The notes beneath the pieces were generated by a model. The model was not told where the DNA came from. It did not search any database and saw nothing but the letters and a program-made list of their open reading frames with translations. The translations under genes and the position numbers were made by a program. A stretch of DNA of 64,000 bases from Orbicella franksi (taxonomy: Eukaryota), in contig OZ116702.1 of NCBI GenBank assembly GCA_964199315.1, positions 13,640,001 to 13,704,000 of the forward strand, read 5' to 3'. This document shows, one piece after another, positions 22,769-34,585 of the stretch (positions within the stretch are counted from its first letter, which is position 1; each line of letters opens with the position of its first letter).

Positions 22769-23215
22769 TGTGTCAGGAACTTTTATGTTTATCTTGCTGT
22801 ATTTCCGGACGGTAATTAATTCGCTGCGATTCAAAGTTGTTGAACCTTCAGTACTGTTTTTAGCCAGCGGTTTTCGCTATTCACACCCATCGTCCCTTGC
22901 GCGGATGAAAGGACCATGTGCTTTTGTAAGATGGCGTCGTGTTTTGGCGCCTGTGTTTTCGTCCGAGATTTTTGTTCAGGTTTATCTTAGTTTACAAAGG
23001 ACGGTGTCGATGTTCAGAACGGCAGAGAACGAACAACAACGTATGTATGAACAATGTGAAGTTTAATTTCTCTTGCTACCTGTATTTTCAATGTTGTTCA
23101 CTTCATATCATTACAAGACACATTTTGTAATTTTGTCACCCAGGTTTTACCTACTAGTTCTCTACGAATAAAATGGAGTTGAAACGTCTGTTGTGTGTGG
23201 ATCGATGCCGTTACA
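22769..23215 (+). repeat. 5' LTR
   Basis: TGTGTCAGG...CCGTTACA; AATAAA at 23167-23172. Confidence 0.95.
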
Positions 23216-23233
23216 GTAAAACGTTGTTGTAGT

Positions 23234-23800
23234 AAGTCTTCGAGTTGCCAGCCAACCAGGAGATTGAAAGTGTGTTTTCAAATTGTCTTCAAATTTTGTT
23301 CGCTCCGAGTTGCCAGCCAACCAGGGGATTGAAAGTGTGTTTTCAAGTTGTCTTCAAATTTTGTTCGCTTCAAGTTGCCAGACAACCGGGAGATTGAACG
23401 TGTGTGTTTCAAGTTGTCTTCGAATCTTGTTCGCTTCAAGTTGCCAGCCAACTGGGAGATTGAACGTGTGTTTTCAAGTTGTCTTCGAATCTTGTTCGCT
23501 TCAAGTTGCCAGCCAACCGGGAGATTGAACGTGTGTTTTCAAGTTGCCTTCGAATCTTGTTCGCTTCAAGTTGCCAGCCAACCGGGAGATTGAACGTGTG
23601 TTTTCAAGTTGTCTTCGAATCTTGTTCGCTTCAAGTTGCCAGCCAACCGGGAGATTGAACGTGTGTTTTCAAGTTGTCTTCGAATCTTGTTCGCTTCAAG
23701 TTGCCAGCCAACCGGGAGATTGAACGTGTGTTTTCAAGTTGTCTTCGAACTCAGTAACCTCGAATTTTGTTCGCGCCAAGTTGTCAGCCATCGGTGAGTG
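23234..23800 (+). repeat. 65-bp tandem array in the BEL 5' leader (about 7 full copies plus partial copies)
   Basis: Unit AAGTTGTCTTCGAATCTTGTTCGCTTCAAGTTGCCAGCCAACCGGGAGATTGAACGTGTGTTTTC. Central copies are near-identical; edge copies are diverged. Confidence 0.95.
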
Positions 23801-23851
23801 TGGACTTCTTTGTTTTAAGTTATCAGCTAAGATTGAATGTAATTTTCAATC

Positions 23852-26800
23852 ATGAGTGTTGTAGAGGAGAAGAAACAAGAAAGAACTAAAGCCAAAGTAC
23901 AAGTGACCAAAGCTTCGCGAAGATTAACTGGTGCAATTGAAAGAAAGGCAGATGTTGATGTTTTGACTGCCTTAATGGTTGAACTAGAGAAAGTATACGA
24001 TGATTTTTGCGTGATAGATGAGGAATATGAAACCCTGGTTTCAGAAGAAGAACATGCTGATCATCGAGTTGTTAATGGGTTAGACATTATTGCGTACCGG
24101 GCAAATGTCAAAGAAGCATACACGGTGGCCAGAAATGCTTTTATGCAGGCAAAGGCCCCCAAGACGTCAAATGTGGTTCAGCCGGGTTCAGTTCCCACAC
24201 CTGCTGACCCCCCTACGCATCCATCAGAACAAAGTGTTACATTACCAGTACAAGGAACTTCTCAGTCAGGAAACAATGTTAACCCAGATCAATCAGTCAC
24301 TAGTGTGGTCACTGCATCCTCACAGACACAGAATGTAACATTATCAGCAAGTAGTGCCCAAGCCAACAATTTTCATTTTGGCACTGGATCTATTACCCCT
24401 GCAGGTTACAGTGTGGCACCAACACCTCAGCACCCATTACCAGTGTTGTCTACTCAACAGCCCACAGTGACACATGTATACACTGGACATTTGTCAAGTG
24501 TTTTACCACAACAGTCAGTCAGTTATGCTATGCCAGCTCAGAGCTATGGTAGCCAAGCAAATGATTTGATGGGGTTTGATCCCATTAGTTCCGCTAGTTT
24601 CAGTATTCCCCCAGCCCAGCAGTATTGGTTGCCACACTCATTTGTTCAACAGTCAGCAGGAGGACATGGTTATCCTGGACAGTTAATGAATGTGTCTCCG
24701 TATCAGCTTAGTAGTCATGGTATGCCAGCTCAAAGCAGTGGAAACAGCTCTGCAGACTCACCAGGTGTTCACCTCAAGAAAATGTCACTTCCCACCTTTT
24801 CTGGCCAGAGAAAAGCTTGGCCAGAGTTTAAAACAGTCTGGAAGCAGTTGGCAGAAGGTGCAATCAAAAACAAAACAGCCTTAGCTCACGAACTCAAGAG
24901 GTCAGTGAAAGGCGAAGCTAGTCAAAGGATCAAGTCAGTGTATGTCACCAAACCAGAGGCTTATGATATAATGTGGAAGAAGTTGGAAGATTACTATGAT
25001 GATACCAGTGCCACTGTTCAAGCAGCACTAGAAGATTTACATAAGCTCAAGCCAGTCTCAGAAACCGATTACAGAGGTCTTGTTGAATTTGTTGACGTTG
25101 TGGAGTCATCCTACAGCCAGCTTGAAGAGTTGAATCAGTTGAACTCTCTCACTATGAGGGACGTTGATTTTGTCAATGGACTTTTGCCTAACCATCTGAG
25201 ATTGGAGTGGATTCGCAAATATCATGATATGAGCCAAACAGAGAGAATTCAGCCTTTCAAATCCTTTATGAAGTTCTTGGAAAGGGAAAGAGAAGCAGTA
25301 GCTCGGTTAGCTGAATACCAACCAAGGCGGAGAAGAACACTTGAAGTACCGAAGAATGGTGATCGTGGTAAAGGGCTGACACATCATGGAACAGGAACTG
25401 GTCAGGGCCAAAAACAGTTTTACCAGTGTGTTTTCCACAAGAGAAATATGGTTAAGCACAAAACAAGTGATTGTAAAGAATTTCAGAAGCTCCCCATCAG
25501 TGGAGAGGGTGGCAAGTTTGAACTCCTCAAACAAGTGAATGCCTGTTTTGTCTGCTTTGGAGATCACCCACAGCAGAAGTGTCCCAGCAAAAAACCATGT
25601 TCATTGTGTGGAAGTGAGAAGCACCACTTTCTCCTGTGCAAGTCAGGAAAAAAGAAAGAAGGTTCAAACACTACTGGTCAAGATCAGACTCTATCAGCAC
25701 CTCGAAAGGAAGAAGATCGACAAACTGACCATTGTGCTCATGCTGAATCAGCAAGTCATGCTACAAGAGGAGCTGGCCTTGCTCTCTATCCCATCCAGCA
25801 GGCAAAGGTGTGTGAGAGTGGGAAGAATGTTACCATATTCTGTGATGGTGGCTCAAACACAACCTACATAACCCACCAAGCAGCAGATAGAATCAAGGCC
25901 AAAAAACTGAACAGATTCACGCTTGACGTAACCACGATGGGAAATGTTGAGAAGACTTACAACACCCGACAGTATCAGTTCACTTTGAGGACGGACACTG
26001 GCAAGAAAGTCAGTATCACTGCATTTGGTATGGATAGAATTACTGGTCCTGTCAGCAAGCTGGACACTAAAGTCTTAGCCAATTTGTTCCCTGGCTATGA
26101 TGTTGACTCTCTACAGAGGAAGACTGACAAAGTAGACATTCTCCTGGGCTGCGACTACTTTGGGTTGTTCCCCAAGTGTGAGGAGGCGAAGTGTGGAGAT
26201 AATTTAAGCATCATGAGAGGAGACTTTGGAGTCTGTCTTCAAGGTACCCATCCTGATCTAAGAGAAGGAACTGAGCACGATTCAAATCTTGTGAAAACGA
26301 TTCACAACTCAGTGATCAAGCATGAGGCTTACCATGTATGCCATGTCACTCACCCCGAGTTTCAGCCAAATTGTTCCAACCCTGGAGAGCTGGTCAAAGT
26401 CAGCAAAAAGTACGCTAGTCTCAGACAGATGAATGTTGCAGAATCCCTCGCGGGTAAAAATCAGGGACGCCTTATAGAAAACTTCATTTGTGGTGAAGAA
26501 ATTGGAACTGAAATAACTCCACGCTGTGGTAGTTGTCGTTGTGGCAAGTGTCCAACTGTTGGCCACACCTATTCGTTCAAAGAGGAACAGGAGTTAAAAT
26601 TGATTCAAGAGAACCTTGAGTATGACAGTGTTAAACAGTGTTGGGTAACTAGCTATCCTTGGCTTGTGGATCCAGGAACTTTACCCAATAACTACAGTAG
26701 CGCCTTGGCTACTCTCAAGAGTACCGAGCGAACACTCAGCAAGGACGAGCGGTGGGCTGAAACTTACCAGAAGCAGATGGAGGACATGGTGGAACGAGGT

Positions 26801-29800
26801 GTTGCACGGAAGTTGTCTCAGAAAGAACTGCAAGAATGGAGTGGTCCTAAGTTTTACATCTCCCACCTGGCAGTGGTCAACACACGGTCACACTCCACAC
26901 CTGTGCGAATCGTATTTAATTCCAGTCAAGTGTGCCAAGGAATGTCTCTTAATTCCTGTTTAGCTAAGGGACCGGACTGTTACATGAACAATCTAATTGG
27001 CATATTGCTGCGCTGGAGGGAGGAGCAGGTTGCTCTTGTGGGAGACATTCGTAAAATGTTCCACTCTATCCACTTGAAGCCCTTGGAGCAACATTGTCAT
27101 CGGTTCCTGTGGCGTGAGTTGAAAATTGACCAAGAACCCGATGTGTATATGATGACACGAGTCAATATGGGCGACACTCCAGCCCCGGCTATTAGCACTG
27201 AAGCTGTGTACAAGACTGCAGATATGTTTGAAACTGACAGTCCAAAGGTTGCTAACCTCCTGAAGAGATCCAGCTATGTAGATGATTTAATTGACTCTCA
27301 ACCAAGTACACCTGAAGCATTGAAAATTGCTCGTGAAACAGAAAACATGCTTGCGAAGGGAGGCTTTGTAGTCAAGTGTTGGCAGTTTACTGGAGAATCA
27401 AGTCCTCGCACCGGCAAAATGTTGTCTGACAACGTTGACACACTTGTTGCACCTGATGGTACTGTACGCACGCACCAAAACATGTTGAAAGGAACTGATA
27501 GCAACCTGAGGGTATTGGGTCTTGGCTGGAATCCAGTGGAAGATACCGTGGTGTTTGAAGTCACTCTCAACTTCAGCAAGAAGAAGAAAGGAGCACACAC
27601 AGGCCCAAACCTCAAGAAAGCTGATTTGCCAAAAGGCCTACCACTTGTGTTGACAAGAAGAATTGTTCTGTCGCAGGTTATGATGATCTTTGATCCTCTT
27701 GGATTTGTGTGCCCCTACACTCTGCTGGGAAAGATTTACCTGCGCGAAACGTGGTCCCTAAAGTTTGGATGGGACGATCCGCTGCCAACCCACCTACGGT
27801 CCAAGTGGGTTCACTTCTTCTATTCCCTGTTCCAGCTCGAGCAGCTTAGTTTGAATCGTTGTTTACGACCACCCGACTCTGTTGGCCGACCATGGCTTAT
27901 CATCTTCAGTGATGGTAGTGACCTCGCCTATGGTTTTGCAGTCTACATCAGATGGCGCCTGAACAGCGGGGACTATTGGTGTCGACTTATCATGGCAAAG
28001 TGTCGTATCGCCCCAGTGAATAAGTTGTCTACTCCTCAGATGGAGTTAAATGCTGCTATATTGTCCAAGCGAGGTAGAAAGGTCATAGAAAAGGAGATGA
28101 GGCTCAAATTTGAAGAGGTGTGGCAAATTGTGGACTCTGAAACTGTTTTGAGTATGATCAACAAGACCAGTACTCGCTTCAAGGTGTATGAAGGAGTTAG
28201 AATTGGAGAAATTCAAGCCGCAACGAATGGTGATATGTCCTGTTGGGCCTGGATGTCAGGTTATCACAACCCCGCAGATTGGTTGACCCGTGGACGCACC
28301 CCTGAGGAGCTCGATCAAGACTCCCACTGGTGGAATGGCCCACCTATCCTGTACAAGCCTGTTGAAGAGTGGGGACTGAAGTCTGGTCTGCAGAAGGAAG
28401 AAGTGCTCCCTGGAGAGAAGAAGATGTGTAGTACGGCGGTAGCCAGGGCAGATCCTCCTTTGATTGTCTATGAGAGATTTAGAAACATCAATCGAGTCAT
28501 TTGGGTCGTGGCAAGGTTGAAAAACATTGCAAGGAACAAGACTTTCCGTGCAGGAAATGCCATGCAAGTAACCGCACAGCACTTGAAAGATGCAGAGGAC
28601 TTTGTCGTGAAGAACATTCAGAAAACAATGGAATGCGAGCTAAAGAAGAGCAGCAGCAAGAAAGGTCATGGAGGTTGCTATGCTAAGCTGAAGCCTGTAC
28701 AAGATGCAAGTGGAATATGGGTCGTAGGAGAACGACTACTAAGGTACAATGCGATGACACCAGATTCATCCCTTCAGAGATTGTTACCCTCTAAGCATCC
28801 AGCTACACGTCTTTTCATGGAACGTGCGCATCAAGCAGGAGGACATAGGGGACGTGACGCAACCCTTGCTCGATTTCGAATGCGTTACTGGATGCCTCAA
28901 GGCAGTAAACTGGCAAGGCTAGTGAAAATGGACTGTCAACTGTGCAAGTTGCGCGATGCCAAATTTCTTGAGCAACCGATGGGGTTACTGCCAGAAGCTA
29001 GACTGAAACCCGCACCAGCATTCAACCACGTGATGCTTGACCTGTTTGGACCGTACACAGTTAGAGGGGAAGTCCAGAAACGCACAAGTGGCAAAGCATA
29101 TGGTGTATTGTTCACCGATCTCGCAATGAGAGCTGTTCATATCGAGGCAGTGTTTGGATACGACACCAGCAATTTCCTGATGGCGCTTAGCAGATTTGCC
29201 AGTCTTCGTGGATGGCCAGAGAAGATTTACAGCGATCCAGGTTCTCAGCTTGTGGGCGCAGAGAGGGAACTCAAAGAAGCCTGGCAAAGAATCGACAGGG
29301 AGTCCTTACAGAGAGATTCTGCTCAGAATGGTTCAACCTGGGTATTTGGACCTGCCGATAGTCCCTGGCATCAAGGAGCAGTGGAGTCTCTGATAAAGGC
29401 CGCCAAACGTGCTATTCATTTCTCAGTGAGTGACCAACGTCTGTCTGTACCTGAATTTCTCACTGTCTGTTGTGAAGTGTCCAACTTACTAAATGAGCGT
29501 CCGATTGGAGTGAAACCAAGCGTGGATTCAACCATCAATGTTCTCACACCCAACAGTTTGTTGCTTGGACGGGCGACTGCATCTAACCCCTTAGGATGGC
29601 AACCTTACGACGCAAGCATTGTAACACGTTACCATCTTGTTCAGTCTGTGGTGGAGGACTTCTGGAAACGTTGAACTGAGCTGTATGCTCCAGCATTAGT
29701 AGTACAGCGCAAATGGCACACTGCCACTCGCAACTTGTGTCCAGGAGATGTGGTGATTGTCGCTGACAAGAACACTCTTAGGGGAGATTATCGCTTGGCA

Positions 29801-29965
29801 CTTGTGCAAGATGTTTTTCCAGGGGAAGATGGCAAAGTGCGCAAGGTGACAGTCAAGTACAAGAGCTATCGCACTGGGGAAAAAGTTCACGAGTACCGGG
29901 GTGCAAGAGACACTGTGGTTTCAAGGGCAGTTCAGCGCCTTGCCCTACTTGTTCCAGTGGATTAA
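23852..29965 (+). CDS. BEL/Pao gag-pol polyprotein (Gag/DUF1759, zinc knuckles, aspartic protease, RT, RNase H, integrase, C-terminal DUF5641-like) with one premature TGA at 29672-29674
   Basis: LKKMSLPTFSG; CFVCFGDH...CSLCGSEKHHFLLC; IFCDGGS; SSYVDDL; IIFSDGS; HQAGGH...CQLC, DLFGP, SDPGSQ, AVESLIK. FWKR* continues in frame (TELYAPALVVQRKW...GDVVIV...RAVQRLALLVPVD*) to 29965. Confidence 0.95.
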
Positions 29966-30089
29966 AGTCTGAAGCCGAAGTCAAGAATGCAAATGGCATT
30001 AAGGATATTGAATATAAACGTTTATCTGGAGACATTTTGTGATTTGTTCAATGTTACAAGTTGAATCGCAGCGACCCCCACCCTCCCGG

Positions 30090-30536
30090 TGTGTCAGGAA
30101 CTTTTATGTTTATCTTGCTGTATTTCCGGACGGTAATTAATTCGCTGCGATTCAAAGTTGTTGAACCTTCAGTACTGTTTTTAGCCAGCGGTTTTCGCTA
30201 TTCACACCCATCGTCCCTTGCGCGGATGAAAGGACCATGTGCTTTTGTAAGATGGCGTCGTGTTTTGGCGCCTGTGTTTTCGTCCGAGATTTTTGTTCAG
30301 GTTTATCTTAGTTTACAAAGGACGGTGTCGATGTTCAGAACGGCAGAGAACGAACAACAACGTATGTATGAACAATGTGAAGTTTAATTTCTCTTGCTAC
30401 CTGTATTTTCAATGTTGTTCACTTCGTATCATTACAAGACACATTTTGTAATTTTGTCACCCAGGTTTTACCTACTAGTTCTCTACGAATAAAATGGAGT
30501 TGAAACGTCTGTTGTGTGTGGATCGATGCCGTTACA
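30090..30536 (+). repeat. 3' LTR
   Basis: Identical to the 5' LTR except cacttcAtatc vs cacttcGtatc. Confidence 0.95.
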
Positions 30537-31925
30537 GGCATCTCATTCTAATTTGTTTCTATGCAATTTGATGCAAGTACATACAGCAGAAGTCGTTGTT
30601 AGAAAGAGAACATTTGGACAAGAGAATGGAATTGCTTGGACATTCGAAAGTCATTGTGCCACTTGGCATAAATCTTGTCGAATTCGACAGAACCAAATAT
30701 GATCACATATTTAAAAGGAAACTCTCTCTACTTAAGAAGCAGCAAACATACAGGAAGTATTTCCAAGATAGCAAAACTGTTCCAGTGTGTTCCTATTGGA
30801 AGGAACCTACCAACGTTGATTTAAGATAGGCATGTATAATGGTTGTCGACTTCGATCCTGTGTCCGATCTGTTTCTCACAAGTTGTGCCATTTGAATCTA
30901 ATATCTAAGCTAAGCACAATTTACACGATTACACTTGGAGCCAAATATCATCTGAGTTGTCTAGCAGTGCTGGTCAACCATGCGTGACAACATAACAATG
31001 GAAAAGTCATCAGAAAAAAAGGAAAACCATAACTGCCACTACTACTACAGCTGAGTTGATTTCCCACAAACAAAATTCTAGAGAGCGACAGCTGCACACT
31101 GTCGTTTTCAAGCTCCCAGACTCGAGTAAGGAGTTGTACAAATGGCGTGGCAGCAGAGAGGCAAGAGCTATATACACGCTACGTGTGCTATTGTCTGCTG
31201 ACACCCAAATTAAAGAAGTATTGCCAGTGTTTGAGAGAGACCTAGGAAGACTAGTGTTTTCCTCTGTGGAAAATGATGGCAATGTGATGAGTTTAGAAAG
31301 CACAACTAGCATAGTATGTAAAGAAATGTCTAATAGGTCATTCATAGCCACCAAACCTTTTTCTTAGCACTGCCAAAAGGAATCATTACCTCAGACATTG
31401 CTGGCATTGGAAACCATGATCCTGTTTTTTTTCCCGTTTTTTGGCCTAGAGGAGCCTATTCTTCTCCCATCCTACTCCCCCTTAATAACTTCAAGCGCAG
31501 TAAAACTACAAGATTGGAACTTGGAGAGTAAACAGTTCTCCAAAACTGCCCTCTTCAAGCTCTCCAAAATGGTTCATGACATCACAAGTTGTATCCAAAT
31601 TACGTATACATTTGAGTGAATGGTAGACATCTTTGTCCACAATCTCAAAAACTAATATAACCCATTACATTAACACCGAAATGATATTAAAATGTGGTAG
31701 TAAGAGAACCCTGGAAAAATAATCACAAAAAATGCAAAAAACTCGAAATTTCAAAAAACCCATCTGTCAAGATATAGTTGCTATGGAAACTTCAAATTCC
31801 TTGGATAAAGGGGAGTCATACCGAGTAGTAGCCAAGTAAATTTTAGGAAAAGTTTCAAAAATAATGTTGCTTATTCTTCATTATTATAAAAGTTACGAGA
31901 ATTTGAAGTCAGAATTGTCACCTTT

Positions 31926-32042
31926 ACCTGGGGTACCAGAGGTTTTTTCCCATGCGGAGGAGGGAAATACTTCACTTTGCTTCGGCAGCCAAAGGTTGCT
32001 GGCACGGGCAGCAAAACTGTGAGAAAACCTCTGGTACAGAGC
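31926..32042. mobile_element. Small MITE-like element
   Basis: Inverted ends TACCAGAGGTTTT / AAAACCTCTGGTA. Confidence 0.5.
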
Positions 32043-32559
32043 AGTTTTATTCACTGTTCTTGTTGAACTTTGATCAATTTTATTGGATTACATTTAAATC
32101 AATCGTAGCAAGCATGTCCCACTGTGATGACATGAACACATGACATGTTAGCGGTTGACATGACAGATCTGGTCAGGTTAGAATGACATGGGTTCTGTGG
32201 GAATGAAAACTACTTCCGTGTAAAAATTTCCTAATTCGAAGTCTTTGCTTCTGTGCCATTTATTTGATGCGTATGCTGTGTGTAATGGTGGATATTAAGC
32301 CTTGTATTGGAAAATGCTCAAAAACTGAAAATTTTAGAAACAATCTCAACACTTTTCACTGTCAAGAACGACAATCTGTCCATTGGGCCGCATATTTTTT
32401 GCAAGAAGTGCTAACAACGGATCAAAAATTTCAAAACAACTGTCAAAGAAATCACCAATTTAAAGTGAGAATATTACAAAAAGAAACTTTTCCCTTGAAA
32501 GAGAGAAGCAACAAACAGTTAAAATGCTGTTCCAGCTCATCTGGTGCACCAGTATCTGG

Positions 32560-32705
32560 AGCACTGTGTAGTTCAACACAGAGTCGAGGAATTAATTGAA
32601 ATAACGATTTCCCAAATCCCTTTGGCAAAACCGCCAAAACATCCTTGCTGCAAATAAAATTCGCAATTCCATCCTTTTTGCTCGGCGCTTGGCCTTGTGG
32701 CCTGT
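32560..32705 (-). pseudogene. Second RecQ helicase motif-I fragment
   Basis: KKDGIANFICSKDVLAVLPKGFGKSL-FQLIP (consensus VLPTGxGKSL). Confidence 0.55.
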
Positions 32706-32789
32706 TTACATTTTGTCCCTTTCCAACTGATCTTTGTGGATCATTCACATGGTTAGCTATCTTTGCGGATTTCTGTGGCTATTGCAGCA

Positions 32790-34030
32790 TCTGTGGGGTC
32801 CTCAATGGTGCAAGAGGCATGTCCCATTTCACTCTGATAATGATGCTATTGTCCACATGTTAAACTCCCGAACTTCAAAGATTCCGTGTGTTATGGGACT
32901 TTTGCACCATCTACTGCTCTACCCTGCCTGCCATAGCTTTTCCTTTTCAGCCCAACACATTCCAGGTGTCAACAACCAACTTGCTGATGCTCTCTCTCAT
33001 TTTCATTGGCAGGAATTCCATCGGCTGGCCCCAGATGCACAACCTCTGCCAACTACAATCCCTCCCCAGCTACTGACAGATTTAACATCTCTTCTCTAGA
33101 GCAACAATGCCTCTCCTTCCTGACTCAGGGTCTTGCTACCTCTACCCGTAAATCATATGCTTCAGCTCAGAGGGAGTTCATCAGTTTCTGTTATCAGCTG
33201 GGCAAGCTCCATTCTTTTGTATCCCCGTGCCCTACCAACAAGTGGACGCTCTGTCTGTTTGCTGCCTTCTTGACTAATACCATCCAATATTTGTCAATTA
33301 AGGTTTACCTTTCTGTTATTTGGGCACCTCATATTCACCAAGGGTTTCCCGACCCTCTGCAGAATTACCTTTATTTATAACATGTTGTTTGTGGGATCAA
33401 ACGCTCACAGGGCACCTCCTCGACAAACCATTTGCCTATCACCCACAGCCTCATGTTGGTGATCTGGAGATCCCTGGACCAACATATCCCAGATCATTGC
33501 ATGTTTTGGGTGGCATGCACTCTGGGGTATTTTGGTTTCCTTTGTGCAGCAGAGTTTACCGTGCCCAACTTGGCCAGCTTCTTGCCCTTGATCCACCTGA
33601 CTGTCCACGATATTGCAGTGGATGCACCATCACCCCCTTTGAGTATGCACATTAAAATCAAGGCATCCAAAACAGACCCCTTCCACAAGGGATCTGACAT
33701 CCATAGTTGGGCCACCATCCACTTTGCGCTGTCCATACTATGATGGCTTATCCCTCCCAAAGAGGCAGTTCTCCACGCCCCCCGTTTCGTCTTTAGGATG
33801 GTCACCCACTTTCTCGTGGCATTCTCAACAATTGGCTATGAAAGATTATGGATGCTGCCAGCATCACTGGGAATTTTTCAAGCCACAGCTTCCACATTGG
33901 TGCCACTACAGTTGCTGCTTGTAATGGCATCCCGGGTGATCTTATCCAAACATGGTGGTGGACAAGCAATGCCTACCAACTATATATCAGGACCCCGTTC
34001 TGAGATCTTTGTGTCCCTCTCTCTGCAGCT
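32790..34030 (+). mobile_element. Ngaro/DIRS-type tyrosine-recombinase retrotransposon remnant (RNase H end + YR)
   Basis: FHSDNDAIV...HIPGVNNQLADALS (RNase H); LATSTRKSY..., LPITHSLM, FGFLcAAEFT, IKASKTDPF, SHSFhIGA (YR). Many frameshifts. Confidence 0.85.
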
Positions 34031-34230
34031 TTCATGAGAGGTTCCTTAGCTCATCCCCACTCTTACGTCTGGTTTCTGAGACCTTGGTACCCCTCTCTCT
34101 GCAGCTTTCATAAGAGGTTCCTTTGCTCATCCCCACTCCTACATCTGGTTTCTCTCATGGTTCTCATGGTTCCTCGTGGTTCCTCATGGTTCCTCGTGAT
34201 TCCTTGTGGTTCCTCGTGGTTCTCGTGGTT
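34015..34230 (+). repeat. 76-bp-period direct repeat followed by a 10-bp microsatellite at the Ngaro 3' end
   Basis: CCCTCTCTCTGCAGCTTTCAT...CTGGTTTCT at 34015-34077 and 34091-34153; then (C-A/G-TGGTTCCT)n. Confidence 0.7.
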
Positions 34231-34308
34231 GTCACCAAATGAGGATTATGAAGAGGAAGTAAACAAATAGAGGGAGTGTGGTTATTTTTCAAGTAAGTGG
34301 ACACACCA

Positions 34309-34585
34309 ATTTGTATGGGTTATTGACCAAGTGTGAGGTCAAGATGGCTGGATATTGGCCAAGTTCTTTTCTGTGTGTTTAAGGACTGAGACGGAGTCAA
34401 GGTCCAAAAACACGCAAATAAAAGAACAAGGCCAATATCCAGCCATCTTACCACACAAGCTTGGTCGATAAAGGATTTAGTCTATGGCTTTCAGGGAAAT
34501 TTTTCTTGCGGGACACGGCAGGTAGCCAATCACAGAGCAGGATTTGATTCATCTTGCCCACTCACGGAGTTAGCCATATAATAAG
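34309..34585. mobile_element. Short interspersed non-autonomous repeat with an internal hairpin
   Basis: AAGATGGCTGGATATTGGCC ... GGCCAATATCCAGCCATCTT inverted pair. Confidence 0.55.

Larger units (their letters stand above)
22769..30536 (+). mobile_element. Full-length BEL/Pao LTR retrotransposon, very recent insertion
   Basis: 447-bp TG...CA LTRs with one mismatch seen; TSD AGCAT/GGCAT (4 of 5); single gag-pol ORF. Confidence 0.97.

Noticed and set aside
22707-23130. ORFs duplicated at 22707-23130 and 30061-30451 as small genes
   Set aside because: They are chance frames within the two LTR copies.
23234-23800. 65-bp array as a CRISPR array
   Set aside because: Units are contiguous with no unique spacers, there are no cas genes, and it lies in the leader of a eukaryotic LTR element.
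29672-29674. Programmed readthrough or a separate env-like ORF in the BEL element
   Set aside because: The TGA replaces the conserved Trp of FWKRW and the downstream part is the normal BEL C-terminal domain; a point mutation is simpler.
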